The notes beneath the pieces are model-generated. The model saw only the letters and a program-made list of their open reading frames with translations. It was not told the DNA's origin and searched no databases. DNA of 64,000 bases from Planctomycetota bacterium (GTDB taxonomy: Bacteria; Planctomycetota; GCA-002687715; CAIWVZ01): positions 896,001 to 960,000 of the forward strand of contig JBGANV010000001.1 of the NCBI GenBank assembly GCA_044222185.1. Direction: 5' to 3'. Of the stretch, positions 1-10,575 are shown in pieces. A program made the translations under genes and the position numbers. Positions within the stretch are counted from its first letter, which is position 1, and each line of letters opens with the position of its first letter.

Positions 1-126
1 GAACGGGCACTCGAGCGGCATCACCGCCCCTCCGCCGTCTCGCAGCATGGCGAGGTGGGGCGTGTCGGGCCCGATCAGGGATGGTGTGAGCCCGACGACG
101 TCGACGAGGAGCAGGCGGGGTTCCAT
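1..126 (-). CDS. Alkaline phosphatase / type I phosphodiesterase-nucleotide pyrophosphatase family protein, EboF-like (5' part only, runs off the window)
   Basis: ATG at 126, 13 nt after the udk stop. My translation is MEPRLLLVDVVGLTPSLIGPDTPHLAMLRDGGGAVMPLECPF; the 'LxDVVGLTPxLIG..TPxL' start is characteristic of EboF-type proteins. Not in the ORF track. Confidence 0.7.
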   Translation of the reverse strand, partial: MEPRLLLVDVVGLTPSLIGPDTPHLAMLRDGGGAVMPLECPF

Positions 127-139
127 GGGGTCGCCCGCG

Positions 140-763
140 TCAAACGAAGCGCTGCATGAGGAGTGACCTCACCATGTCGACGGCGATGTGGTTCTCGCCA
201 CCGCGGGGGATGATGACGTCAGCGAAGTGCTTCGTCGGCTCGCAGAACTCCAGGTGGCACGGCCGAACGGATCGCTCGTACTGCTTCAGGATCGAATCGA
301 GCGAACGGCCGCGCTCGAGCGTGTCGCGCTGGATGCGCCGCATGAGGCGCAAGTCGTCGGGAGTATCCACGAAAACCTTGATGTCGAGGCGCTCGCGAAC
401 GCCGGGATGCCACAGCACGAGGATGCCCTCCAGCACGATCAAAGGCGTTGACTCGACGACGAGAGTCTCCGTGCGACGGTTGTGGCGCACGTAGTCGTAG
501 ACCGGCATCTCCACAGGTTCGCCAGCCGTCAGGCGATCGATGTGCTCACGAAGGAGCTCGAAGTCGAACGCGGATGGGTGATCGAAGTTGACCTGATGGC
601 GTTCGTCGAGCGAGAGGTGCGAGAGGTCGCAATAGTACGAGTCGAGCTCGATCATGACCGATCGTTCGCGACCGATGCTTTCCTGGAGGCGGCGCGCGAT
701 GGACGTCTTGCCGGATGCGGTACCGCCGGCGATGCCGACGACGATCGGTCGATTCGTGGTCAC
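140..763 (-). CDS. udk: Uridine kinase
   Basis: P-loop GIAGGTASGKT, DSYY, NFDHPSAFD, EGIL, RRIQRD..ERGRS, ADVIIPRGGEN. GTG start at 763 overlaps the upstream TGA (GTGA). Confidence 0.95.
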   Translation of the reverse strand: MTTNRPIVVGIAGGTASGKTSIARRLQESIGRERSVMIELDSYYCDLSHLSLDERHQVNFDHPSAFDFELLREHIDRLTAGEPVEMPVYDYVRHNRRTETLVVESTPLIVLEGILVLWHPGVRERLDIKVFVDTPDDLRLMRRIQRDTLERGRSLDSILKQYERSVRPCHLEFCEPTKHFADVIIPRGGENHIAVDMVRSLLMQRFV

Positions 764-2694
764 GCGCCCGATGTACCGTATCCCAACGGCTCGAGCAACG
801 TGAGCGCCGTCTGGTACTTGCCCAGTTGCGGCATCACGTACACGCCGACGACGGCGTCCATGAACTCCTGGAGCATCTCGCGCGCGATGAGCACGCCCTC
901 GTTGATGCCTGCAGGACCGGTCCCGGCGAGTTTCATGCGCTCGCGGATCGCATCCGGCACCGCCATGCCAGGAACTTCGTTGTGCAGGAACTCGGCGTTG
1001 CGGTGTGAGACGAGCGGGCAGAGTCCCAAGAGGACCGGGACGTTGAACGCGCGGACGTCGTTCAGGAAGCGGCTGATGACGTCGCGGTCGTACACCGGTT
1101 GCGTCATGATGAGTTCCGCGCCGGCTTTCACCTTCTTCTCGAGGCGCTGCAACTCGCGGTCGTAGTTCACCGAGCCCGGTTCCGCGCCGCACGCGAGGAA
1201 GAACGACGTGGCCTCACCGACCATCTTGCCCGTGGGATCGATGCCGCGGTTCAGGCTGTTGACCAGCTTCAGCAGTTCGATCGAGTCGAGATCGAACACA
1301 GGCGTCGCCTTCGGGTAGTCACCGAGCTTGGGGGGATCGCCTGTGATGATGACGAGGTTGCGGTAGCCGAGGACGTGGTCACCCAGGAGATCCATCTGCA
1401 GGCCGAGCAGGTTCCGATCACGGCAGCACACGTGCAGCAACACTTCGATGCCGACCTGTTCCATGATCTTCACGCCGAGCGCGGCGTTGCTCATGCGGAC
1501 GACGGCGCGTGGTCCGTCGGCGATGTTCACCACGTCGACGCCGCCCTTGACCAGCATGCGCGCCAGCTCGACGGGACGCGCGACGTCGAGCCCATGGGCC
1601 GGGTTCACTTCGACGGACACGGCGAAGTCGGCGCGACTCGAGGGCGCCTGCCGTCGCGTCCCACCACCGAGCCGGTCGCGAAAGATGTCGACGACCTTTC
1701 GCGCGAATGCCGATTTCTTCTCCGTGGGCGTGGGCTCGGTTCCGCGCGGTGGCTCGACGGTGAGCGTGGTCGTCGTGGGAGTGGCTGGCAGGACCTTGGG
1801 CCCTGCGCCCATCATCCGCGCAGCCGCCGCCATGGATTGGATGTGTTCCGGGTGAGTTCCACAGCACCCGCCGACCAGTCGGACACCTGCCTTCAAATAG
1901 CGACGCGCGAAGACTCCGAAGTACTCCGGCGTCGCCATGTAGATCGTTCGCGAGTCCACGCGCCGCGGCTGGCCGGCGTTCGGTTGCGCCGCGACCAGGG
2001 GGACCGCCTTCAGCATCTCGCTGACGACGTCGAAGACGACGGACGGGCCGTCGCAGCAGTTCACCCCGACGACGTCGGCGCCGAAGGTGCGCAGCAGGCC
2101 GGCGACTGCGTCCGGTGGTGTGCCGTCGCGCAGCCGGCCATCGTCCTCGAAGGACATCTGCGCGACCACCGGGCCGTCGAAGTGTTCCCGTGCAACCTCG
2201 ATGGCGACCTGGATCTCGCCCAGGTGGTGGAACGTCTCGAACATCAACGTGTCTACGCCCTCCTCGACGAGGGCACGGATCTGGACGCGGAACGCGTCCG
2301 CGATCTCCGTCTTCTTGTCCTCGGGGAGGTACCCGCTGCCCTCGCCGGTGGGGCCGACCGACCCGGCGACGTAGGCCCGATCGCCGGCCGCGGCGCGCGC
2401 GAGCAGGACGCCGGCCCGGTTGATGCCGTCGACCTTGTCCGCGATGCCGTAGCGGCCCAGGAGGAATCGGTTCGAGGAGAACGTGTTGGTCTCCAGGACC
2501 TCTGCGCCGGCGCGGACGTAGCCCTCGTGAATGCTTCGAACGAGCTCCGGGTTCGTGAGGTTCGCCTCGTCGAAGGAGCGATTTATGAAGTGACCCCGCT
2601 CGTAGAGCATGGTCCCCATGGCCCCGTCGCAGACGAGGGGGCGTTTGGTCAGGTCGTCGAGGAATCCGGGGCGGACGGGCGTGCGGCGGGTCAT
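760..2694 (-). CDS. yitJ: Bifunctional homocysteine S-methyltransferase / 5,10-methylenetetrahydrofolate reductase
   Basis: N-terminal DGAMGT, ETNTF, GVNC, GGCCGT (Zn-binding Cys). C-terminal MTHFR motifs NIADGP, CRDRN, TGDPP, TQPVYD, FLHNEVPG. Confidence 0.93.
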   Translation of the reverse strand: MTRRTPVRPGFLDDLTKRPLVCDGAMGTMLYERGHFINRSFDEANLTNPELVRSIHEGYVRAGAEVLETNTFSSNRFLLGRYGIADKVDGINRAGVLLARAAAGDRAYVAGSVGPTGEGSGYLPEDKKTEIADAFRVQIRALVEEGVDTLMFETFHHLGEIQVAIEVAREHFDGPVVAQMSFEDDGRLRDGTPPDAVAGLLRTFGADVVGVNCCDGPSVVFDVVSEMLKAVPLVAAQPNAGQPRRVDSRTIYMATPEYFGVFARRYLKAGVRLVGGCCGTHPEHIQSMAAAARMMGAGPKVLPATPTTTTLTVEPPRGTEPTPTEKKSAFARKVVDIFRDRLGGGTRRQAPSSRADFAVSVEVNPAHGLDVARPVELARMLVKGGVDVVNIADGPRAVVRMSNAALGVKIMEQVGIEVLLHVCCRDRNLLGLQMDLLGDHVLGYRNLVIITGDPPKLGDYPKATPVFDLDSIELLKLVNSLNRGIDPTGKMVGEATSFFLACGAEPGSVNYDRELQRLEKKVKAGAELIMTQPVYDRDVISRFLNDVRAFNVPVLLGLCPLVSHRNAEFLHNEVPGMAVPDAIRERMKLAGTGPAGINEGVLIAREMLQEFMDAVVGVYVMPQLGKYQTALTLLEPLGYGTSGA

Positions 2695-2704
2695 GGGCGG
2701 GGGG

Positions 2705-2710
2705 ATTCTA
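2705..2710 (-). promoter_or_regulatory. Putative sigma-70 -10 element (TAGAAT) 10 nt before the yitJ ATG
   Basis: CGTAGAATCC on the minus strand. The same 10-mer occurs upstream of recA and of the thiE-like gene. Confidence 0.5.
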
Positions 2711-2826
2711 CGCGGGGAAATTCGTTCCGCTCGCGGCCGCGACTACCCGCCCCGAGGATCGTCGATAGCATGGGGCCGCCGCCCGTGGCCTGTCGTCTCG
2801 TCCACTGACTTTTCGGGGAGAAAGTC

Positions 2827-4101
2827 ATGCCTTCGCTTGCGTCTGCGCGGAGCCCCAGGCTTCGCGTCTTCATCGTCGTCACTTCATTGTTCGTCCTTTC
2901 CGGCCTGATCCTTCAAGGTTGCGCAGGCGAACCGATCGCGTCGCGCCCAGTCGAGAAGAAGAAGGATTACTGGAGGCCGCTGGCGCCGGGCGCCACGGCA
3001 CTCGTCCGGGTGACCGACCCACGGGAGTTGCCCGACTTCCGCAAGATCGAGTTCAAGGATCCGGCGATCCTCGCGGCCCTCGACGAGAGCGAGGCGTTCT
3101 TCCGCAAGCCGTCCTCGCAGAAGTACTACCCCTACAAGACGGCCGACAGCGAGGTCACGCACCAGATGCAGCTCGACACGCTGCAGACCCTCCGCCGGAT
3201 CATCATGGCGTCGCGAACTCCGGAGGAGTTCCATGGGTGGATGACGGGCGCGTTCGACGTGTTCAAATCCGTCGGCGCTGACGAACAGGGTGCCGTGCTC
3301 TTCACGGGCTACTACACGCCGATCTTCGACGGCAGCCTGACCAAGGACGCCACGTTCAAGTACCCGCTCTACAGCCGTCCTGACGACCTCGTCACGGACC
3401 CGGACGGACTTCCGCTCGGACGTCGGACTCCGGACGGGCGCATCGTGCCGTACTACACACGCGACGAGATCGAGCGCGGCAACCTCATGGCGGGGCGCGA
3501 ACTGGCGTACCTCTCGGACCCCTTCGAGGTGTACATCGTCCACGTCCAGGGTTCGGCCAGGCTCCGCATGCGGGACGGTCGCTTCCTGAACCTGGGCTAC
3601 GCCGGCAAGACCGACCGGCCCTACAAGAGCGTCGGCATGACGCTGATCGAGCAGGGGAAGATGACGCGCGAAGAACTGTCCCTCTCGCGCCTGCGCCGCT
3701 ACTTCAAGGAGCACCCGCAGGAACTGGACGCGGCCCTCGGGGTGAACGAGTCCTACGTGTTCTTCACCAAGTACGACGAATCCGCACGGTGGCCGCTGGG
3801 CTCCATCAACGCCAAGGTGACGCCGTACCACACGGTTGCGACCGACAAGGCGATCTTCCCGCGCGGAAGCTTCGTGATCCCGCAAACGTCAATTCCGTCG
3901 CCGGGCTCGCCCGAGAAGCTGTCGTTCGTCCCACACATGGGCATCTACTTCGACCAGGACACGGGTGGCGCGATCCGCGCCGCCGGTCGCTCCGACATCT
4001 ACATGGGCGTGGGGCCCGATGCGGAGAAGATTGCCGGATACACTCAGAACGAGGGCAAGCTCTTCTATCTGTTCGTCAAACCCAACCCCGTGCGTCCGTA
4101 G
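2827..4101 (+). CDS. mltA: Membrane-bound lytic murein transglycosylase A (lipoprotein)
   Basis: Lipobox-like LQGC, FTGYYTP, YPLYSRP, VQGS, SYVFF, and QDTGGAI with the catalytic Asp. Confidence 0.9.
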   Translation: MPSLASARSPRLRVFIVVTSLFVLSGLILQGCAGEPIASRPVEKKKDYWRPLAPGATALVRVTDPRELPDFRKIEFKDPAILAALDESEAFFRKPSSQKYYPYKTADSEVTHQMQLDTLQTLRRIIMASRTPEEFHGWMTGAFDVFKSVGADEQGAVLFTGYYTPIFDGSLTKDATFKYPLYSRPDDLVTDPDGLPLGRRTPDGRIVPYYTRDEIERGNLMAGRELAYLSDPFEVYIVHVQGSARLRMRDGRFLNLGYAGKTDRPYKSVGMTLIEQGKMTREELSLSRLRRYFKEHPQELDAALGVNESYVFFTKYDESARWPLGSINAKVTPYHTVATDKAIFPRGSFVIPQTSIPSPGSPEKLSFVPHMGIYFDQDTGGAIRAAGRSDIYMGVGPDAEKIAGYTQNEGKLFYLFVKPNPVRP

Positions 4102-4111
4102 ATAGGTCCGG

Positions 4112-5365
4112 ATGACTGAAGACCCGATGGAGTCCGATCAAGCCGACGAGGTCGCGGAGATCCCGTCGACCGTCTACGCGTTCTGGCCTGATCGCGAGCC
4201 GCCGCTCGAGGAAGAGGTTCGACTCGCCCTGGAGCGGAGCTTCCCGGGGACGCACGTCATCGAGGAACTGGATCCCGAGGGCGACATGGTCTGGGGGCAC
4301 GTCGTCCGCCTCCCCGAGCACGAGGCCGAGTTCGTGATCTGGGTCGAGGAGCGGGGCGAGATGTCGGATGACATCATCCAGGAGACCGTTCCAGACGAAG
4401 ATGAGCGGCGCGCGGCGACCGCGGCGCGGTGGATGGTGGGCGTGGAGACCGTCCTGGACCCACGTCAGGCGCTCGGCGACTTCCAGACGCAGCTGCGGAT
4501 TCTCGACGCCGTGTCGATCCCCGGTTTGCCGGCGGTCTATGACGACAACGCCCTGGTCGTCCGGTCGGGGAAGCACGTCCGCGAACTGGCCCGATCGAAC
4601 GTGCCCCCGCGCGCCGCGACGCTCTATGCCATTCACGAGATGGAAGGGCGCACGGGGATCTGGCTCCACACCCACGGACTCGTTCGCCTCGGGATTCCCG
4701 AGTTCGAGCTCATGGGACTGAGCGCATCGGACGTGCGCGAGGGCTACGACCTCATCGACGCGCTGGTGGACGTCATCTATGGGGGCGGCGAACTCGACGA
4801 GAGCGGCGTCATTTCGATCGGCGAGGAGATGGATGTCCGCCTGGTTTCCGTCGACGAGGCGCTCGAGGTCGTCTCCGGGGATGTTCGGACGACGCGCACC
4901 GAGCATCAGCTCGAAGACGATGAGCACAAGGGGCCCCGCGTGGCGATCCTCGCGAAGGAGCGCAACGAGCCGCCCTACGAGTTGCTCGATCGGCTGAAGC
5001 AGGACGCGGTCCTGTTCAAGTCGAACGAGGAGTCGGATCGGCAGCGGCGTCTCGCGATCGAGCGGTTCGGAGTGTTCGGTCAGCTCTTCGCGATCCGTCG
5101 ACAGGAAGGCTGGCGCTTCCACGCCAAGCTGGCCTTCGATCGGGAGAGCGAGCCCGCCGTGCCCGAGCACCTGTGGTTCGAGATCCGAGAGCTCCGTCCG
5201 GGCGCTCTGCGCGGCGTCTGCCTGAACGAGCCGCTGGAGGGCCTTCCGATCCACGTCGGAGACGAAAACTGGTACAGCCTCGAGAAACTGACCGACTGGA
5301 TCGTCGTGGCCCCGCAGGGGATCTACGACCCCGAAGCCGCCGCCGTCCTTCTCGCCGACGCTTGA
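4112..5365 (+). CDS. DUF4026-like protein with a C-terminal DUF2314-like domain (acidic)
   Basis: WLHTHGLVRLGIPEFEL and EHLWFEI...G.CLNEP motifs. Good codon bias and an operonic position. Confidence 0.7.
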   Translation: MTEDPMESDQADEVAEIPSTVYAFWPDREPPLEEEVRLALERSFPGTHVIEELDPEGDMVWGHVVRLPEHEAEFVIWVEERGEMSDDIIQETVPDEDERRAATAARWMVGVETVLDPRQALGDFQTQLRILDAVSIPGLPAVYDDNALVVRSGKHVRELARSNVPPRAATLYAIHEMEGRTGIWLHTHGLVRLGIPEFELMGLSASDVREGYDLIDALVDVIYGGGELDESGVISIGEEMDVRLVSVDEALEVVSGDVRTTRTEHQLEDDEHKGPRVAILAKERNEPPYELLDRLKQDAVLFKSNEESDRQRRLAIERFGVFGQLFAIRRQEGWRFHAKLAFDRESEPAVPEHLWFEIRELRPGALRGVCLNEPLEGLPIHVGDENWYSLEKLTDWIVVAPQGIYDPEAAAVLLADA

Positions 5366-5366
5366 G

Positions 5367-5951
5367 ATGGCAAGACTCTTCCTCGCCTTCGAGTTGCCCG
5401 AGCGCCTCCGCGAACGGCTCACCGAGGAGGTCGCGCGTCTGAAGGGGGCACGTGCCGACATCGCGTGGGTCCGACCCGAGAAGTTTCACGTGACGCTCCG
5501 GTTCGTGGGGGACGTCGACGACCTGGGCATCCTCGATCTCGCGCGACTGCTCCAGACCACCGCGACGGCGAGTGACGGGCCGCTGGATCTCGTCTGTCGT
5601 GGGCTCGGGTCGTTTCCAGAATCCGGGACGCCGCGCGTGATCTGGGCCGGCGTGCACGGTCGCAACGAGGACGAGGATTCGCGGATGCAGGATCTGCGGC
5701 GACGACTCCACGACGGAGTCCGCGCGTTGGGGTACCGCCCGGAGAAGGGCCCCTTCCACGCTCACGTCACGCTCGGCCGCGCCAAGGGCTCGGAGGGGCT
5801 CGATGCGGTCGTCGAGCGCATGGGGCCCATGCGCAAGAGAGAGTTCGCGCACTTTGCCGTCCCAGAAATCGTCCTGTTCGAGAGCCACGAAACCGAGATT
5901 GGGACCTCCTACACGGCCATCGAGAGGGCGACGCTCGGCCGGCACCGCTGA
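5367..5951 (+). CDS. thpR: RNA 2',3'-cyclic phosphodiesterase (2H family)
   Basis: RLFLA start, two HxT motifs (FHVTLRF, AHVTLGR) and PRVIWAG. The position just upstream of recA is common. Confidence 0.92.
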   Translation: MARLFLAFELPERLRERLTEEVARLKGARADIAWVRPEKFHVTLRFVGDVDDLGILDLARLLQTTATASDGPLDLVCRGLGSFPESGTPRVIWAGVHGRNEDEDSRMQDLRRRLHDGVRALGYRPEKGPFHAHVTLGRAKGSEGLDAVVERMGPMRKREFAHFAVPEIVLFESHETEIGTSYTAIERATLGRHR

Positions 5952-6089
5952 GCCGGACGGTCGAGGCGTCGTCCCGTTCCGACTGTCCCCCCGCCGCCGT
6001 AGAATCCGCCCCGAATTCAAAAACGTCCGGACACGCCCGCCAATCGAAGCGTCTCCTGGTTACACAAGCTCCAAAGGGAATCAGCAACC

Positions 6090-7226
6090 ATGGCCATCAA
6101 GCCGAACTCCAAGACTCCGGTCGACCCCGAACAAGCCCGCAAGGAACAGGCGATCGACTTCACCCTGAGCCAGATCGAGAAACAGTACGGCAAGGGGACG
6201 ATCATGCGACTCGGCGAGGTCAAGGACGTGGACATCAAGGGTGTCTCGACCGGGTCCATCTCGCTCGATCTGGCGCTCGGTGGCGTGGGCGTGCCGAGGG
6301 GACGCATCGTGGAGATCTTCGGACCGGAGTCATCCGGCAAGACGACGCTGGCGCTGCACGTCATCGCCAACGCGCAACGGGCCGGCGGCGTCTGCGCCTT
6401 CATCGACGCTGAACACGCCCTCGATCCGAACTACGCACGCAAGCTCGGTGTGAAGGTGGATGAGCTGCTCGTGAGCCAACCGGACAACGGCGAGCAGGCC
6501 CTCGAGATCGCCGAGATGCTCGTGCGCTCCAATTCCATCGACGTGATCGTCGTCGATTCGGTCGCGGCCCTCGTTCCCAAGGCCGAGATCGAAGGTGAGA
6601 TGGGCGACGCCTTCGTCGGGCTCCAGGCGCGTCTCATGTCCCAGGCCCTCCGCAAGCTGACCGGTGCCGTGCACAAATCCTGCGCGGCGTTGATCTTCAT
6701 CAACCAGCTGCGAGAGAAGATCGGGGTCATGTTCGGCAGTCCCGAAACGACCGCCGGCGGTCGAGCGCTGAAGTTCTATGCCTCGGTCCGCATCGACATC
6801 CGCCGCATCGGAAAGGTGAAGGACGGGGAGGACGTCACGGGGAGCCGTTGCAAGGCGACGGTCGTGAAGAACAAGCTCGCGCCCCCGTTCCGCGTCGCCG
6901 AGTTCGACATCATGTTCAACGAGGGGATCTCGGCCACGGGTGACATCATCGACCTCGCGACCGAGAATGGAATCCTCGACAAGACGGGAACATGGCTGAG
7001 CTTCAAGGACGAGCGATTGGGCCAGGGCCGCGATCGCGCTCGCCAGTTCATCCAGGAGAACCCCGACCTCCAGAAGCGCATCCTCGCGGCGATCATGGCG
7101 AAGCTCGGTCCCCAGGCCCAGAAGACGGACGCGACGGCGACGGGGCCAGCCACCGCCCCCAATTCTGGCGCTGCCGCCTCCAGCACCGCCGAACCACGGC
7201 GGGCAGCCACGACGACGACGGTGTGA
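6090..7226 (+). CDS. recA: Recombinase A
   Basis: [60 protein letters not shown]. Confidence 0.99.
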   Translation: MAIKPNSKTPVDPEQARKEQAIDFTLSQIEKQYGKGTIMRLGEVKDVDIKGVSTGSISLDLALGGVGVPRGRIVEIFGPESSGKTTLALHVIANAQRAGGVCAFIDAEHALDPNYARKLGVKVDELLVSQPDNGEQALEIAEMLVRSNSIDVIVVDSVAALVPKAEIEGEMGDAFVGLQARLMSQALRKLTGAVHKSCAALIFINQLREKIGVMFGSPETTAGGRALKFYASVRIDIRRIGKVKDGEDVTGSRCKATVVKNKLAPPFRVAEFDIMFNEGISATGDIIDLATENGILDKTGTWLSFKDERLGQGRDRARQFIQENPDLQKRILAAIMAKLGPQAQKTDATATGPATAPNSGAAASSTAEPRRAATTTTV

Positions 7227-7433
7227 TCCGCGGCACCTCGCGGACACGGTCCCAACTCCGGCAAACCCCTGCCAACACTGGGGGTGAAATGCTGCCGGGG
7301 TTTGGCATACTCCGTCCCACCTCGTGACAGGGGATCGGGTGTTTTGGGACGGCGCTCGGCGCCGTCGGACGCCTCGCCTCCCCAGACGCATCGAAGCGAC
7401 CGCAACCAGCGGTCGTTGACCGGAGTTCAGGAC

Positions 7434-7616
7434 ATGGCCGTTCCGAAGAGAAGGCTTTCGAAGCACCGCAAGCGTACCCGCCGCGCCCACCACCACATCG
7501 AGAACCTCCAGCTCAACCGCTGCACGCACTGCAACGCGGCGATCCCGCCGCACCGCGTGTGCCACCAATGCGGGCACTACGGGAGCAAGGAAGTCGTTCC
7601 GATGGAGAACTTCTGA
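7434..7616 (+). CDS. rpmF: 50S ribosomal protein L32 (Zn-ribbon form)
   Basis: MAVPKRRLSK...CTHC...PHRVCHQCGHY. ATG at 7434, preceded by GGAG. Confidence 0.97.
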   Translation: MAVPKRRLSKHRKRTRRAHHHIENLQLNRCTHCNAAIPPHRVCHQCGHYGSKEVVPMENF

Positions 7617-7618
7617 GC

Positions 7619-8626
7619 GTGACGACCCGCATCGCACTGGATGCGATGGGCGGCGACCAGGCGCCGCGCGAAACGGTCCGGGGTGCCCTCGAAGCGGTAG
7701 CTCAGGAATCGGATCTCGTCGTCGTTCTCGTCGGAGACGAGCGGCAGATCCGTCAGGAGCTGGCGGGCGCGACCGGAGACACGTCGCGCTGTGAGATCGT
7801 CCACGCATCCGAGAACATCACCTGCGAGGAAGCGCCCGTCGAAGCGCTCCGTCGCAAGCGCGATGCGTCCATCGTCCGTGCCTGCGAGGTCGTCCAGAAA
7901 GGGCAGGCGAGCGGCCTCGTCGCCGCCGGCAGCACGGGCGCGGCCGTCGCGGCTTCCACGCTCAACTGGAAGCTGATTCCCTCCGTCCGCCGCGCGGGCA
8001 TCGCCGTCACTTTCCCGAACCGCATGGGCGGCCACACGGTGATGTGCGACGTGGGAGCCAACATCTCCTGCAAGCCGCTCCATCTCTACCACTACGGGAT
8101 CATGGCCGCGGAATACGCCAAGCACATCCTGGGGAAGAGAGAGCCGAGCGTCGGGCTGTTGAACGTCGGATCCGAGGAGGCGAAAGGCAACGAGCTGGTC
8201 AAGGAAACGAAACAGCTCTTCGCCCAGTCGCCGCTGAACTACCTGGGCCACATCGAAGGCAACGAGATCTTCGAGGGGCGCGCCGACGTCGTGGTCTGCG
8301 AGGGCTTCGTGGGGAACGTCGTCTTGAAGGCGGCTGAAGGCCTCTACGACGTGGTCTCGAACCGACTCTCCGAGCTGATGCGTGAAACCGAATCGGCTGC
8401 CGATGGAGCGTTCACCCAGAAGCTCGGCGGCTGGCTCAAGAAGTTCAAATCGCGAATGGACTACGCCGAGTACGGCGGAGCTCCACTCCTTGGTGTCAAC
8501 GGCCTTTGCATGATCTCGCACGGACGTTCCGACGCCCGGGCCATCAAGAACGCACTCCTCCTGGCGGCGAAGTTCACGCGCAACCGCGTGCTCGAGCACA
8601 TCCACGAGGGGCTCCGCGCCGGCTGA
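7619..8626 (+). CDS. plsX: Phosphate acyltransferase
   Basis: IALDAMGGD, AGSTGA, DVGAN, LLNVGSEEAKG, EGFVGN, YGGAPLLG, SHGRS. GTG start at 7619. Confidence 0.96.
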   Translation: MTTRIALDAMGGDQAPRETVRGALEAVAQESDLVVVLVGDERQIRQELAGATGDTSRCEIVHASENITCEEAPVEALRRKRDASIVRACEVVQKGQASGLVAAGSTGAAVAASTLNWKLIPSVRRAGIAVTFPNRMGGHTVMCDVGANISCKPLHLYHYGIMAAEYAKHILGKREPSVGLLNVGSEEAKGNELVKETKQLFAQSPLNYLGHIEGNEIFEGRADVVVCEGFVGNVVLKAAEGLYDVVSNRLSELMRETESAADGAFTQKLGGWLKKFKSRMDYAEYGGAPLLGVNGLCMISHGRSDARAIKNALLLAAKFTRNRVLEHIHEGLRAG

Positions 8627-8640
8627 GGCGGGAGGTCTCC

Positions 8641-9630
8641 ATGACGATGCTCCGCGAAGTCGGAATTCACGGCACGGGCGCCTATGCTCCGGAACGCATC
8701 CTCTCCAACGCGGACCTGGAGAAGATGGTCGACACGAGCGACGAGTGGATCTACTCCCGGACCGGCATGCGCGAGCGCCGGATCGCGGCACCGAATCAGG
8801 CGACGTCCGACCTCTGCATCGCCGCAGCCGAGCGCGCGATCGCCGACGCCGGCATCACACCGCTCGACCTCGACCTCATCATCGTCGCGACGGTCACTCC
8901 GGACCACCTCGTTCCCTCGACCTCGTGCATCGTCCAGCACAAACTGGGCGCAAGGAACGCCGCGGCCTTCGACCTGGGGGCCGCGTGCTCGGGGTTCGTC
9001 ACCGGACTGTTCGTGGGGAAGGCCCTCGTGGCGACGGGGCAGCGCCAGCGCGTGCTCGTGATCGGCGCGGAAACGATGAGTCGGATCGTCGACTACGAGG
9101 ATCGCTCCTCGTGCATCCTCTTCGGTGATGCTGCCGGCGCCGCCGTCCTCGGACCCTACAAGGGCCAGGGGCTCATCCTCGATGGCGACATCGGCGCGGA
9201 CGGCGCCGGAGGCGAGGCCATGGTCGTTCCGGCCGTGGGGTCCAGGAAGCCTGCAAGCCTCGAAGCGGTCCAGAATCGCGAGCACCTCCTCCGCATGCGC
9301 GGCAACGAAGTCTTCAAGTTCGCGGTGCAGAAGTTCCGCGACCTCGTGGCGGAACAGCTCGCGCGGACGGGGTTCAAGACGAGCGACCTCACGCTCGTGA
9401 TCCCGCACCAGGTCAATCTCCGCATCATCGACTCGGCGCTGAAGAAGCTCGAGATCGAGGACAGCCGGATCTACATCAACCTCGATCGCTACGGCAATAC
9501 ATCCGCCGGAAGCGTTCCTCTCGCGTTCGACGAAGCTCGCCGTGCCGGCCTCTTCCAGAGTGGAGCGCTGCTCTCACTGGTTGCCTTCGGCGCCGGCTTG
9601 ACTTGGGCCTCCGCGCTCATTCGCTGGTGA
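8641..9630 (+). CDS. fabH: 3-oxoacyl-ACP synthase III
   Basis: DTSDEWI, AACSGF (Cys), LFGDAAGA, PHQVN (His), GNTSAG (Asn). GGAGG ribosome-binding site. Confidence 0.96.
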   Translation: MTMLREVGIHGTGAYAPERILSNADLEKMVDTSDEWIYSRTGMRERRIAAPNQATSDLCIAAAERAIADAGITPLDLDLIIVATVTPDHLVPSTSCIVQHKLGARNAAAFDLGAACSGFVTGLFVGKALVATGQRQRVLVIGAETMSRIVDYEDRSSCILFGDAAGAAVLGPYKGQGLILDGDIGADGAGGEAMVVPAVGSRKPASLEAVQNREHLLRMRGNEVFKFAVQKFRDLVAEQLARTGFKTSDLTLVIPHQVNLRIIDSALKKLEIEDSRIYINLDRYGNTSAGSVPLAFDEARRAGLFQSGALLSLVAFGAGLTWASALIRW

Positions 9631-9639
9631 GGAATCGAC

Positions 9640-10575
9640 GTGCAAGAGACAGCGATCCTCTTTCCTGGACAGGGAGCGCAGGAACCCGGCATGGGCCGAG
9701 ACTTCGCCGACCGGTTTCCCGCCGCGGCCCGAGTCTTCGCCGAGGCGAACGACGTCCTCGGATACGACCTGCTGCGACTGTGCTTCGATGGACCCGCGGC
9801 GGAGCTGACGCTCACGACGCATGCGCAGCCAGCCATCTACACGTGTTCGGTGGCCGTCACGGAGGCGCTGCGGGAGCAGGGACTCCTCACTGACGTCGGC
9901 GCGGCGGCTGGGCTCTCGCTTGGCGAGTACACCGCGCTGTGGTTTGCCGGCGTGTTTTCGTTCGCCGATGGGCTGCGCCTCGTGAAACGGCGCGGAGCCG
10001 CCATGCAGGCCGCAGCCGACGCCGCGCGTTCCGGGATGGTGAGTCTGCTCGGTGCCGATCGCGCCACCGCCGAAGCCGTCGCGGAGAAAGCCCGTGCGGG
10101 CGGCGTACTCGTCGTCGCGAACATCAACGCACCCGGCCAGATCGTCCTCTCGGGGGATTCGGACGCCTGCGGTCGCGTGCCGGCGGCCGCGAAGGAGCTG
10201 GGCGTGCGTCGTGCAATCCCACTGCAAGTTGCCGGCGCGTTCCATTCGCCGCTCATGGCACCGGCGCGCGCGGAGCTCGAAGCGGCGATCGCTGCCACGA
10301 AGCTTGCCGATCCGCGCCTTCCCGTGATCAGCAACGTCACCGCGGACGTGGTCCGTACGGCGTCCGACGTGCGCGCACTTCTCGCGCAGCAAGTCGTGTC
10401 CCCGGTGCTCTGGGAGGACTCCATGCGACGACTTTCGGCCATGGGGTTCAAGAAGTACGTGGAGCCGGCGCCGGGGAGCGTTCTCTCGGGCCTCGCACGG
10501 AAGATCCTGCCGGACGCACTGACGAAGAACTTCGCCACATGCGGAGACCTCGCGGCAGCTGGAGGCCAATCGTGA
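9640..10575 (+). CDS. fabD: Malonyl CoA-ACP transacylase
   Basis: FPGQGAQ, GLSLGEY, GAFHS, SPVLW. Confidence 0.96.
   Translation: MQETAILFPGQGAQEPGMGRDFADRFPAAARVFAEANDVLGYDLLRLCFDGPAAELTLTTHAQPAIYTCSVAVTEALREQGLLTDVGAAAGLSLGEYTALWFAGVFSFADGLRLVKRRGAAMQAAADAARSGMVSLLGADRATAEAVAEKARAGGVLVVANINAPGQIVLSGDSDACGRVPAAAKELGVRRAIPLQVAGAFHSPLMAPARAELEAAIAATKLADPRLPVISNVTADVVRTASDVRALLAQQVVSPVLWEDSMRRLSAMGFKKYVEPAPGSVLSGLARKILPDALTKNFATCGDLAAAGGQS

Noticed and set aside
1099-2808. Long antisense or alternative-frame ORFs, here and at e.g. 6330-7808, 23149-24669, 36066-37694, 45929-47608, 53488-54993 and 56791-58353
   Set aside because: These are shadow ORFs of well-supported genes in high-GC DNA. Their translations are Arg/Ala/Gly-rich or motif-free.
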